56,212 nucleotides of DNA, taken from Octopus bimaculoides. Taxonomy: Eukaryota. The translations under genes were made by a program, and so were the position numbers. The stretch's first letter is position 1. The number at the start of each line of letters is the position of its first letter. Under the pieces are notes generated by a model. That model was not told the origin of the DNA. It searched no databases and was given only the letters and a program-made list of their open reading frames with translations. Of this stretch, positions 1-10,369 are shown in pieces. The stretch lies in contig NC_068982.1 in assembly GCF_001194135.2 (NCBI RefSeq), forward strand, positions 19,173,422-19,229,633, in the 5' to 3' direction.

Positions 1-52
<52 letters not shown>
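1..52. repeat. (GA)n microsatellite
   Basis: Pure AG dinucleotide run at the window start; a similar run at 474-530 abuts an N-gap. Confidence 0.98.
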
Positions 53-59
<7 letters not shown>

Positions 60-90
60 TAATTTGCGAGTGAAAGCAGAATGAATGAAC

Positions 91-218
91 GAAGACAAAG
101 AAATAATGGATCTAGAAGAGGAACATTAGTATGGTAACAAGACTAAGTGGAAGACTTATAGAATAGGAATATAAGGTGAGAGAGAGAGTGGAAGTGTATA
201 TGGAAGAGAGAGGAGATG
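91..218 (+). repeat. 128-bp segment identical to 599-726 (copy 1), probably an assembly overlap
   Basis: Base-for-base identical to 599-726; this copy ends at the N-gap 219-228. Confidence 0.9.
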
Positions 219-228
219 NNNNNNNNNN

Positions 229-265
<37 letters not shown>

Positions 266-470
266 CATACATATGCGTTCATACATATTTGTGAACAGGC
301 ACACACACGCACACACATACATACCTACATACATACATACATATATACATACATACATACATATATATATATATACATACATACATACATACGTACATAA
401 ACAGGAATGGAGGAAAAGAGAGCAGCAGCGGTTGCAAGAAATATGGTAAGAGAGATTACTAAGGAATGTA

Positions 471-530
<60 letters not shown>

Positions 531-598
531 NNNNNNNNNNNNNNNNNNNNNNNNNNNNNNNNNNNNNNNNNNNNNNNNNNNNNNNNNNNNNNNNNNNN

Positions 599-726
599 GA
601 AGACAAAGAAATAATGGATCTAGAAGAGGAACATTAGTATGGTAACAAGACTAAGTGGAAGACTTATAGAATAGGAATATAAGGTGAGAGAGAGAGTGGA
701 AGTGTATATGGAAGAGAGAGGAGATG
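599..726 (+). repeat. 128-bp segment identical to 91-218 (copy 2)
   Basis: Begins immediately after the N-gap 531-598 and is identical to 91-218. Confidence 0.9.
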
Positions 727-1211
727 AAGTGAGAGGAAATGAAAAAGACTAAGTGAGGGAGAATGAATGAGTGCTTGTGTATTCCTGTGTATAAGAAATT
801 GGGACGTGGCTTTGTGTCAAATATTTATACGCATAACAAATATGTCTTTGCGTGCGAAAAATATATAAGTTTCTATCGGATATATGTGAGCGCGTGCATG
901 TGTGTAAATGTGTGTAATCGTATATATATATATTTAATATATTTAACTTGTCTTTGTTTCCAAGCATTTTAGTTTTTTTTCATTTTAAGTTAAGACACTC
1001 ATATATTATTGTTATTACTCTCTAACCCTGAATTTATTCTTCTTTGCTAGGCACATAGAAATGTGTACAAAAAAATATTTTCGTTATATTTACGAGATGT
1101 GCACTTTTCTACTTCCATCTTTATGCATACATATATATATAAATGCAAATATACGTTACACTCGATCACATGTATATAGCTCACAACATTGGCAGTGTAT
1201 GTATTTATACA

Positions 1212-1336
1212 GGCGTGGCTGTGTGGTAAGAAGCTTGCTTCCCACCACATGGTCCCGGATTCAGTCCCACTGCGTAGCACTTTGGGCAAGTATCATCTAT
1301 TGTAGCTTCGGGTTGACTAAGGCCTTGTGAGTGGAT

Positions 1337-1423
<87 letters not shown>

Positions 1424-1619
1424 TTGTGTGTGTCCGTGTTTGTGCTTCCACCATCGCTTGACAACCACTGTTACCTAGCGGTTCGGCAAAAGAAACAGAT
1501 GAAATAGGTACCAGGCTGACAAAGAACAAGGCCTGGAGCGATTTGCTCAACTAAAGGCGGTGCTCCAGCATGGCCGCAGTCAAATGACTGAAAAAGTAAA
1601 GGAATACAAGAATAAAGAA
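1212..1619 (+). mobile_element. tRNA-headed SINE, family A, full length with internal (AT)n/(GT)n expansion
   Basis: Head GGCGTGGCTGTGTGGTAAGAAGCTTGCTTCCC with A-box-like and B-box-like motifs, central TTTGGGCAAG block, 3' end GGCGGTGCTCCAGCATGGCCGCAGTCAAATGACTGAAA plus A-rich tail. Homologous copies at 5377-5692 (-) and 51394-51760 (+). Confidence 0.9.
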
Positions 1620-1639
1620 TTGAGAATATGTCTGTGATA

Positions 1640-1772
1640 TTTCGTCCGGTTCTACTTTTTTCCATTTCAAATACCACCGTGGTTAAATTTGCCTTTTTAT
1701 CCTTTCGTGGTCGATAAAACTCAAGTATCCGTTAAGTATGGGGTCGAGGTAATTGACTTGTCTTCTCCAACG
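1640..1772 (+). mobile_element. SINE family B fragment
   Basis: TTTATCCTTTCGTGGTCGATAAAA...TGGGGTCGAGGTAATTGACTT matches the family B core seen at 7586-7810. Confidence 0.7.
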
Positions 1773-2317
1773 AATATTGCCCTGCCTTGGCCCTCGCAAT
1801 GTACCATTGTCTCGTCCAGGAGGAATGTGGTAATATCGGCCATTTACAGACCATAAAAATCAAGTATGCAGATTTATTATGCAAGGGCTCAAGAAAAGTT
1901 ATAAAAAGTAAAATTTATGCTTATAAAGATATATGTTCAAACATTAATTCATACATACGTGTGTGTGTGTACGTGTGTGTGTGCGTATGTTCGTGCGTGC
2001 GCCTCTAAATATACGATATTTGGTTGTGTGGATGCGTAATGTAAAAAGTAACGGAGCGTAAGAAGTTAACAGGATGAACGCGGAAAATGCACAAGCGAAT
2101 ACAAAGAGGCTTCCATTTTCATCACTTCTTGACCTAGTATCCTCGTAACTTTGACCCTTTCAGAAAATATTGTTGAATTTCGCAGTGACAGCAATCTTGA
2201 AGCTGCTGAATTATAAATGAGCTTACACAATAAATGAACAAAGAAGGACGCTTAGACGTTTAGGAAATAAATACGAGCTTGTGAAAGATCAGCAAAAAAT
2301 GCTGAATAAAATATATG

Positions 2318-2346
2318 TACGAGAGGGTGATGAAAAGTTCCTGGCT
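2318..2346 (+). mobile_element. Mariner-like terminal inverted repeat remnant
   Basis: TACGAGAGGGTGATGAAAAGTTCCTGGCT resembles the TA-CGAGGG...AAAAGT termini of mariner elements; no partner TIR found. Confidence 0.35.
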
Positions 2347-2614
2347 GTCAGTAAAAAAAAATACAGGGAGATCAGTTAATTTAGTATACTGCATCAAACT
2401 TAAGTATAAGCGAAATTTTGGTTAGTTAAAATATGTTTATAACACATTTCAACTTCGAAATGCAAATCACCATATCTGCTCAGTGCATATGTATACCAAT
2501 GGCTAGAAGTATATTGGGAAAAACCCAATAACATCTTGTCCTAGCAAGTGGGGCTTCCTTTCAGTAAAGGGGCGCGAGAGGAAGGCCCCGAAACGGCAAA
2601 CCTGCTCTAAGCGC

Positions 2615-2836
2615 AGTCACATAGCCAGCAGCAAACAATAAATTTAAGCTGCGTACTATTACTGTGTAAATTATATGGGTAAACAATTAGAATTTGTTAC
2701 TAGTGGTTCGCGTGCGTAATAGAAGTCACTAGTAACATATTTTCATATATAAGAGTGTATAAAGATTTATACACGGAGCGAAGACCCATGGACGGGACTT
2801 CTAAATGCTAAAAAGAGCAGTTAAACTCAAATCACG
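2615..2836 (+). repeat. Diverged direct repeat, copy 1 (period about 460 bp)
   Basis: Colinear blocks shared with 3077-3322: AAACAATAAATTTAAG(C/T)TGCGTACTATTA, AGTGGTTCGC, TATTTTCATATAT, GTATAAAGATTTATA, GAAGAC(C/T)CATGG, ATGCTAAAA. Confidence 0.85.
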
Positions 2837-3076
2837 AAAAAATTCTAAAGACACATCGATAATGGCATTGGAATCAAAAGAAATTATTTTTAGTTAATCC
2901 CATATTCTCGAGTGTCCCTATTAATGAGGAAGTAAATAATTTTTTTATCTGTAGTTCATCAGTGGGATTGCTAAAACAATGCATAATTATGTAGCTTAAT
3001 ACGTACCCCCCACCCACAAAAAAAGAACGCATGCGAGCTGCATCTTTATACATTATGGATTGAAATTAAACGTGCA

Positions 3077-3322
3077 AGTCATATAGCTACCAAGAAACAA
3101 TAAATTTAAGTTGCGTACTATTAGCCTCAGAATAAAGAAATTTTACAGTGTACATTATAAAGGTAAAAAATTGGAATAATTTATTACCAGTGGTTCGCAT
3201 GAGTAATAAAAGTCATACGACAACTTATTTTCATATATCAGGGCGTATAAAGATTTATATACGAAGAGAAGACTCATGGCGGGATTTTTAACATGCTAAA
3301 ACGGGCAGTGAAATTCAACTAC
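3077..3322 (+). repeat. Diverged direct repeat, copy 2
   Basis: Colinear with 2615-2836, with a small insertion near 3126-3150. Confidence 0.85.
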
Positions 3323-3574
3323 AGATGACAAATTTATTTGCTCATTAATAGGATAACTCGAGTATGAGATTAACTAATATTAATTCATTTCATTCTAGTG
3401 CCATTATCGGCGTGCCTTCAGAATAATTTTTTTCGTGGTTTGGGAGTAGATGCCATTTTTAGATGCTCTCACTGTAATAGCGAGGCTTTATCCCTTAATT
3501 TGCTACTTTTGTATACGCTGACCGTGAAGAAAACTGGCGGAACAGACATTTTTAACGAGGTACATCTTGTAATC

Positions 3575-3717
3575 ACCTGAAGAGACACATCTACACCGAC
3601 AGATACTCCTAAACCAGTTGGTTGTTCAGGATCCCACCCGTGAGGGATGCGATACTAGATGGATCGAAACATTTGTAATGATCAATAAACATCCTCGCAT
3701 CTTCCATCTTCCATTAA

Positions 3718-3720
<3 letters not shown>
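3575..3720 (+). mobile_element. Possible Penelope-like 3' terminal fragment with degenerate hammerhead-like motif
   Basis: CCGTGAGGGAT-GCGATACTAGATGGATC-GAAA-CATTTGTA followed by AATAAA and a (CA)n tail; the core is imperfect. Confidence 0.3.
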
Positions 3721-3753
<33 letters not shown>

Positions 3754-4107
3754 TTATGACCACACGTTTACATAGATTTTATAGGATACTGTAGTAGAAA
3801 ATATACCATAAATTCTTGTGAATACTAATACTAGTCTATTCACCAGATTCATAGACAGACAAATTATTATGCATGACCTGTGCTGAAGCTCATACTATCG
3901 AGCGTTAACTGTTCAAGTATTTAGTGTTTGCAGCGTGTGTGAGCGAAGAAAAGGTGATGATGTTTTGTGAGTTGAGCCACAGAATCCATAGAGAATGTCT
4001 GTTTAGCGTTTTAGGACTATTAGAAATATTTTTCGCATCACTCTACCCCTTAAAAGTAAATAATAGATTTTGATATTGCAGTTTAAATACAAAAGAAAGC
4101 AGGAGTG

Positions 4108-4370
4108 TCATGGCTTGAACGGAATTGTCTTAAATTTGATTACATGGCTGGTCGATGAGTGCTTTTGAAGTTGTATAAAATGGCAGTCAGTGTGTGAAAT
4201 GAGGTTCACGAAATCGTGTGCAGACTCAGAGAAAGAGTCTTGAACTTGGGAAGTGAATACAGATTTGAGTACTTGTATCTGAGGATGCGTTGCGTACAAT
4301 ACACATCCTGAGAACAACCTTGGTGCGAGCTTTGCTTGAAGAGAATCTTCTACAAGTACCGACTTAACCA
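4108..4370 (-). CDS. Candidate terminal exon (unknown protein)
   Basis: Pyrimidine-rich acceptor (cctctgtgtattatcgcag) followed by an 87-codon open frame ending in TGA (VVKSVLVEDSLQAKLAPRLF...KTIPFKP*). No recognisable domain. Confidence 0.2.
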
Positions 4371-5376
4371 CTGCGATAATACACAGAGGATGTAGGGACA
4401 AGTAGTAGCCCATAAAAATGATATCATATCAAGCCTGGTACGAACATTTGCAATAGCGTGAACGGCACTACAGTTGTCCGAGGATTAGTGGTGATAATGC
4501 ATGAGGCATATTTAAAATATTTAATGTATCTAACCGGCGAATGATATACATCACATACAATCGACATTTGCAAAATCACTTAGGTCGTGTACTAAAGTAT
4601 TCTTTATATTAAACCACTTATAATGTATAAAATTCCTCTTCAATGAAATTAACCAAATCAAATGTGCTCACATTCTCGGCAACCTCGGAGAGCTGAGATG
4701 GTAAAATATGATAGAACGCAACGAAAAGGAATTGAACTAATCACAACTAAATTTAACTCTGTTCTATATATAAAATCTGTAACTGATGGTATTAGATTTT
4801 CTGTGAGCATCTGTATCAACGATATTTGTTTTGTTTTTTTTTTATTTAAAATTCGTAATAAAATCATAAAAAAGTCGATGGGATTTCTCCTTGAAAAAAA
4901 TCTAAATGCTTTTTTTTTTTGCCATAATGTCAGATTTCCGAAATAAAAACAAACATATTTTAGCGTGTATATATATTTTTTTCTACATCACCATTTTGAA
5001 TATGTGTATTTGTCATTTATTTAAATTCGCATTAAAAATCGAGTTCTTAATATTTCCGATTTCTAGATTACTTACTAACTTTTTTCTCGACACATTTCTC
5101 CTTACAATGTTTATAAAAACACCATCTCTCCATACTGATATTTAAAAACCTAAAAGAGAAAATAATAAAAACAAGAAAGTAAGGATAATGATGAAAAAAA
5201 ACTCATAAAAAAATCACTTCGTACACTCCAAAACACACACAGACGCGCGCACACACACACCCATACATACAGACACACAAATACACATACACATACATAC
5301 GCACACACATATATATACATACATACATACATCCATGCATACATACATACACTCATACATATATATGTGTGTGTGT

Positions 5377-5692
5377 ATTCTTTTATTCTTTTACTTGTTT
5401 CAGTCATTTAACTGCAACCATGCTGGAGTACCGCCTTTTAATCGAACAAATCGACCCCAGGACTTATACTTTGTAAGACTACTACTTATTCTATCGGTTG
5501 TAAAACGATGATGCGACTGAGGGACAAACACAGACACACAAATATATAGGACGGGCTTCTTTCCGTTTTCGTCTTGCAAATCCACTCACAAGGCTTCGGT
5601 CGGTTCGAAGCACATGCCCAAGGTGCCACGCAGTGGGACCGAACCCGGAGCCATGTGGCTGGAAAGCAAGTTTCTTACCACACAGCCACACT
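5377..5692 (-). mobile_element. SINE family A, near full length
   Basis: Reverse complement of the 1212-1619 element (CAGTCATTTAACTGCAACCATGCTGGAGTACCGCC ... TTTCTTACCACACAGCCACAC). Confidence 0.9.
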
Positions 5693-5793
5693 TGCACCTA
5701 TGTACATACGTCTCTTTGCGTTTGTATGTAGATGTGCCTGAGTTAGTGTATTTGGTTTGTGTATACACAAACACACACACACACATATATAGT

Positions 5794-6131
5794 GGAAGCG
5801 CATGGCTCAGTAGCAGGTGCGTCGGGATCACAATCACGAGGTAGTGAGTTCGATTCCTGGACAGGGACGTACATTTTGTTCTTCAACAACACACTTTATT
5901 TCACGCTGATCCAGTTCAGTCAGTTGAAGAAACAAGTTGTGACGTCACAGGTGCCAAGCTGTATCCGGCCGCTTTGCCTTACCCTTTGATAACATCGGTG
6001 GAGTGGAGAGGAGACGCCGGTATGCATGGGCGACTGCTAGTCTTCCTTAAACATCCTAGTCCGGACTTGTGCTTCAGTGAGGAACTTTCTAGTTGCTATC
6101 CCATGGTCATTCATGACCGAAGGGGATTTTT
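5794..6131 (+). mobile_element. tRNA-headed SINE, family C
   Basis: A-box-like TGGCTCAGTAG and B-box GTTCGATTCC at tRNA spacing, followed by a 270-bp non-repetitive body ending GACCGAAGGGGATTTTT. Confidence 0.8.
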
Positions 6132-6149
6132 ACTCTGTATATATAAACG

Positions 6150-6245
6150 GGATTCCTACAATTTCCACCTACCAAATCTAGTCATAAGACTATGGTCAAC
6201 CCAATGTTATACTAGATGTCAATTGTCCACACACGTGGTTGCACT
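6150..6245 (-). mobile_element. Old SINE family A fragment
   Basis: CTACCAAATCTAGTCATAAGACTATGGTCAACCC is a diverged match to the CAAATCCACTCACAAGGCTTCGGTCGG block at 5577-5603. Confidence 0.5.
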
Positions 6246-6440
6246 GTAAACTACTTCTTAATGGGAAAGAATCGCTTCTAGCTTTATGTATTTTAAGGAA
6301 TTTATATGACTGACTGAAGAGCATATATACACTTCTATACAATTCTTTTATTTTTTATTTATTTATTTTTTTTCATTTCCATCAGATAATGCTCTTAACG
6401 TTACTACTAGTCGTCGGGAATGGCACTATTTCTTCCTCAC

Positions 6441-6513
6441 CTTTTGTGTCTTCAGCAAGACATAACTCAAGACATGAAATTGATTTAGCTAACTTAATTT
6501 TTTCCTTCTTGTT
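6441..6513 (-). CDS. Candidate 73-bp internal exon (phase 0 to 1), NKKEKIKLAKSISCLELCLAEDTK
   Basis: Strong acceptor (tctcttttctcaactcttag) and donor (AAG|gtgagg); only one frame is open. No homology recognised. Confidence 0.3.
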
Positions 6514-6574
6514 CTAAGAGTTGAGAAAAGAGATACACAGAGAGACTTGAAATTAATTAAACTAAATTAATTCT

Positions 6575-6672
6575 CTTCTTCTTCTTCTTCTTCTTCTTCT
6601 TCTTCTTCTTCTTCTTCTTCTTCTTCTTCTTCTTCTTCTTCTTCTTCTTCTTCTTCTTCTTCTCCTCCTCCT
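6575..6672. repeat. (TTC)n then (CCT)n trinucleotide microsatellite
   Basis: About 29 TTC units followed by a short CCT run. Confidence 0.98.
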
Positions 6673-6987
6673 AAAACTAAAAGGATGTGAAGAAGAGATA
6701 TAAAGATAAACTTCATACATCCTGGTAAAATACTTCTAATGTACATTTGCATTACGTAATTATTATTTTTTTTTGTACAGACACAATTAATGTTTTTTTT
6801 TTTGTTCTTTCTACGAACAAATATACAAGCCTGTCTTCGTATGTCTCAACTCACATTTTCAAAAAAATTACAGATAATCTGTATAAGACGATGCAGCGTT
6901 TCTTGATACTAGGTTTTCTAAATCTGGTTTCTAAACAATCTGCAACGCTCTGCATAACTGTTTCAATAATTTCAATTTATGCTATAC

Positions 6988-7083
6988 CTTTCGTAATAAT
7001 TTCATTGATGCTAATTTCTTAGAGATTACTTGACATGTAATTCTTTCTTTTATATCCTCCTTCATAAAACTAATGAATGCATC
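6988..7083 (-). CDS. Candidate 96-bp exon (phase 0 to 0), DAFISFMKEDIKERITCQVISKKLASMKLLRK
   Basis: tatatag acceptor and AAG|gtatag donor, with in-frame stops just outside both ends; the splice sites are only moderate. Confidence 0.15.
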
Positions 7084-7585
7084 CTATATATTAATGTAAA
7101 TTTTAATCACGATAAATCTATCTCCAATAATGCTATTAATCGTGTTTCCATTTCAATTTTTAATATATCCTCTCAAAACATCTTCAACAGTTACACCTCT
7201 TCAATAATCAGACCCTGCTCACAATTGGTTTATCTGTTAATATACTTCGCATACGTAACGTTAGGCTCAAAATTATGCTTGAAGAAGTAACTCACTATAA
7301 TCAGTCCCCTGTTACTCCTCATAGTATTATTAGTAATTATAAAACCTTTAAAACTTAATAAAGAATAAAGTCTTCTTTTCCAAAGCATAATACTAATAGC
7401 TTACTCTTGGTTTTGACTACGATTACTCCAACGGTATAGGCGACCATCTTACTAACTGTGATTCTCACTACCTGAAGCAACTTGGATAATATAAGAGGGG
7501 AAGAAGTTACGAAGCTCTATATTTTGCACCACCATTTTATAAAAAAGTTAAAACCTTATTGAATCCAATATTCTGAATCCAATTA

Positions 7586-7810
7586 ATGCAACGAGCTGAC
7601 ATAATTGTTAGCACGACAGGAGAAATGTTTACTGGGATTTCATCCATCTGACGTTCTGGATTCAAAATCCACCGAGGTCGATTTTTGTTTTTTATCCTTT
7701 CGAGGTCGATACGATAAAATAAGCACGTGATGAGCACTGGGATCGTTGTTATCGACTTAACACTCACCCCTAAACTTGCTGGCCTTGTGCCAAAATTTGA
7801 AACGAATATT
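7586..7810 (+). mobile_element. tRNA-headed SINE, family B, full length
   Basis: Head GCAACGAGCTGACATAATTGTTAGCAC...GGATTCAAAATCCACCGAGGTCGA, core ATCCTTTCGAGGTCGATA...CACTGGGATCG, tail GGCCTTGTGCCAAAATTTGAAAC. More than 10 related copies in the window. Confidence 0.85.
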
Positions 7811-7948
7811 TTAAATTTAAGTGCGTACATGAACTTAAATGACGTTCCATATTTATCAACCGCTATGAAAATTTCATCCTCTACTACACATAAGTTTAAA
7901 GCTACAACTGCGATCTTCTATAAACAAAAACTTGTTCTGTGCGTGTGC

Positions 7949-7986
<38 letters not shown>

Positions 7987-8335
7987 GTGTGTGCGTGAGA
8001 GTGTGTGTAACAGAGTGTCTTTGATAAACATGTATATACGTTTGTTCCTTATCATCACTTGAGAACATTTGTTGACGTACTTACATCCCATAATTTACCT
8101 GTTCAGCGAAAGGTGACGATAGAATATGTACGAGGCTGTCATAAAATAATTAGAAGTGGAGTCCATTCGACTAAAATTCTTCAAGGAAGTGCCCCAGGAT
8201 GGACCCAGTTTAATAAATGAAACAATTAAGAGAGAACAGATAATTATAGGGATAAATATATTTATACTAGCCTGGTCTCCTACTTGATCTCTGAATCCCA
8301 CCAAAAGAAACCTTGTTTATGAGTTGAGAGAAAGG

Positions 8336-8352
8336 CTCTCTCTCTCTCCCTC

Positions 8353-8438
<86 letters not shown>
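8336..8438. repeat. (CT)n microsatellite (a second run lies at 8702-8770)
   Basis: Long near-pure CT dinucleotide run. Confidence 0.97.
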
Positions 8439-8441
<3 letters not shown>

Positions 8442-8700
8442 GAGAAATTTGGAAGATAAAAAACGGCATAAAATACATACATGTGTTGAAGATAGACAAT
8501 AATACGTTGACACCAAATATTAAATCCTGATTGCACATACAATCAGTCAAGTGTCCAGTATTCGTACATAAAACCGAACAGGTAATAACTATAGAACACA
8601 TTAAAATTTCTGTCTGGTCGGTTAGATAACAGCTTTAATGTTAACAACTCCGGAAGCAATTGATTTCTATAGTTTCATCTTCCTCAAACTTCAAACTCTG

Positions 8701-8762
<62 letters not shown>

Positions 8763-9548
8763 TCTCACTCTTTCTCGATCTCGCTCTCGTTCTACTTCTA
8801 TTTCTCTCTAAATATGTTCTATTTCTCACTTGTTCTTCTGTGTCACTTCCTCTCACTGAAAACAATGCAGCCAAGTGTGCAGAATTATTTCCAGACTACT
8901 CCTAAAACGACAACCTGCATATAAAGAAAGCGTTGTTGGTATTGTAGTCGTTAATATTAATATTCGTGTAGCGGGAATAGTGGTCTGATGATACTAGTGT
9001 GAACGCTAGTTTTATTAAACAATCGTAGTGAAGAGATAATGCCTTTTATTTCATGTATATGTATCAGACGTGTGCCATGACTTTATTCTTATCTAGTGAC
9101 CATATAAGTGTAGCTTGTCTGTCTCACAGGTAGTCAATTTGTCCGTTTGTCAGTCTGTCTAACTGTCTGTCTGTCTGTATGTATGTATGTATGTTTGTAT
9201 GCATTATCCAACGTATTGGACCCTTATGGACTCGCATGTAGGTCAATGCAAAATCTAATCTGAATATATAACTGGTAGAAATGATGGCCGATTACCGATG
9301 AACACCAATCTTGCATTTTATCTTTGAGATATTCGTCAGGATTTGTGTTGGAGTATCGGCTTCCATCATAGATAAGCTGTACTTATATGTGTAACACACT
9401 CGCTACCGCTTCATCTCTGAAGAGGCAACTTTTTCGTGGTGAGGTGTCACTCGATTAATTCGACCTCATTATATATACATGCACACCAGTTATTGATAAT
9501 TATTTAATACAAAAACACCGTTGAAGAAATAGCTTTACGTACGCACGC

Positions 9549-9635
<87 letters not shown>

Positions 9636-10125
9636 CATACATGGTGCGTAAGATATTTGAGGCCATAACTATTTTGGGTCATCGCTGTATTTTTTGTTAA
9701 CACTGTTTTATCTTTGTTTCGGAAAATATTAATGCCAGACCCTCAGCTTACTCAAGAAATGAAGATGTATTCTGTTATTGTGGTTATAAAGGCTGAGTAT
9801 AGCGATTTAGAAATATTTCGATTTTTAAAAGTTTCCAAGTCTTTCGTCTCCAAAGTTTGTAGGGAATTAGAGACTGAAACTGGAAACGTATCACCTGAAT
9901 CAAAGCAAAAAAAGCACTGTAAACACCCTGAAATCATCAGAACACCTGAATTTATTCAGCAAGTTCAACAGACCATTTATTACAATCCTAGAAAGTCCAT
10001 GAGGTCAATTGCAAAAGATCTCCATGTCTCAGAAGGAACAGTAAAACATGTTGTCCATGAAGACTTCACATATAAGTCTTATATGACGAGGAATGGTCGA
10101 TTTGTCAAAAAAGCAAAAGAAGCGT
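9636..10125 (+). mobile_element. Tc1/mariner (IS630-Tc1-mariner) DNA transposon remnant: 5' end and N-terminal HTH part of the transposase, 3'-truncated
   Basis: ORF 9714-10154 encodes ...EIFRFLKVSKSFVSKV... and IRTPEFIQQVQQTIYYNPRKSMRSIAKDLHVSEGTVKHVVHEDFTYKSY, a typical paired-like double HTH of Tc1/mariner transposases. No DDE/D catalytic domain follows. Confidence 0.85.
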
Positions 10126-10163
10126 TTCTATATTATATTATTCTTAATAAATAAATTTTTTTC

Positions 10164-10369
10164 CTTTCAATTTTTGGAACAATGCCGGCAACATTAGGTG
10201 CGGGTATAAGTCGATTACATCGACCCCAGTGTTCAATTAGTACTTATTTTATCGACCCCACAAAGATGAAAAGCAAAGCCAGCTTCGGTGGAATTTGAAC
10301 TCAGAACGTAAAGAAGTACCGCTAAGCAGTTTACTCGGTGCAGTAGCCAACCTGCCAACTCGCCGCCTT
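10164..10369 (-). mobile_element. SINE family B, full length
   Basis: Reverse complement of 7586-7810 (GTCGATTACATCGACCCCAGTG...GGAATTTGAACTCAGAACG...CTGCCAACTCGCCGCCTT). Confidence 0.88.

Noticed and set aside
6868-7480. Minus-strand frame that reads like a decayed retrotransposon ORF1
   Set aside because: About 5 stops in 110 codons is near random expectation for this AT content, and no diagnostic motif is present.
8095-8304. Hydrophobic minus-strand ORF resembling GPCR TM1-TM2 or a Cys-loop receptor M1 helix
   Set aside because: Lacks the conserved GN / LAxAD or receptor signature residues, and the exon boundaries are ambiguous.
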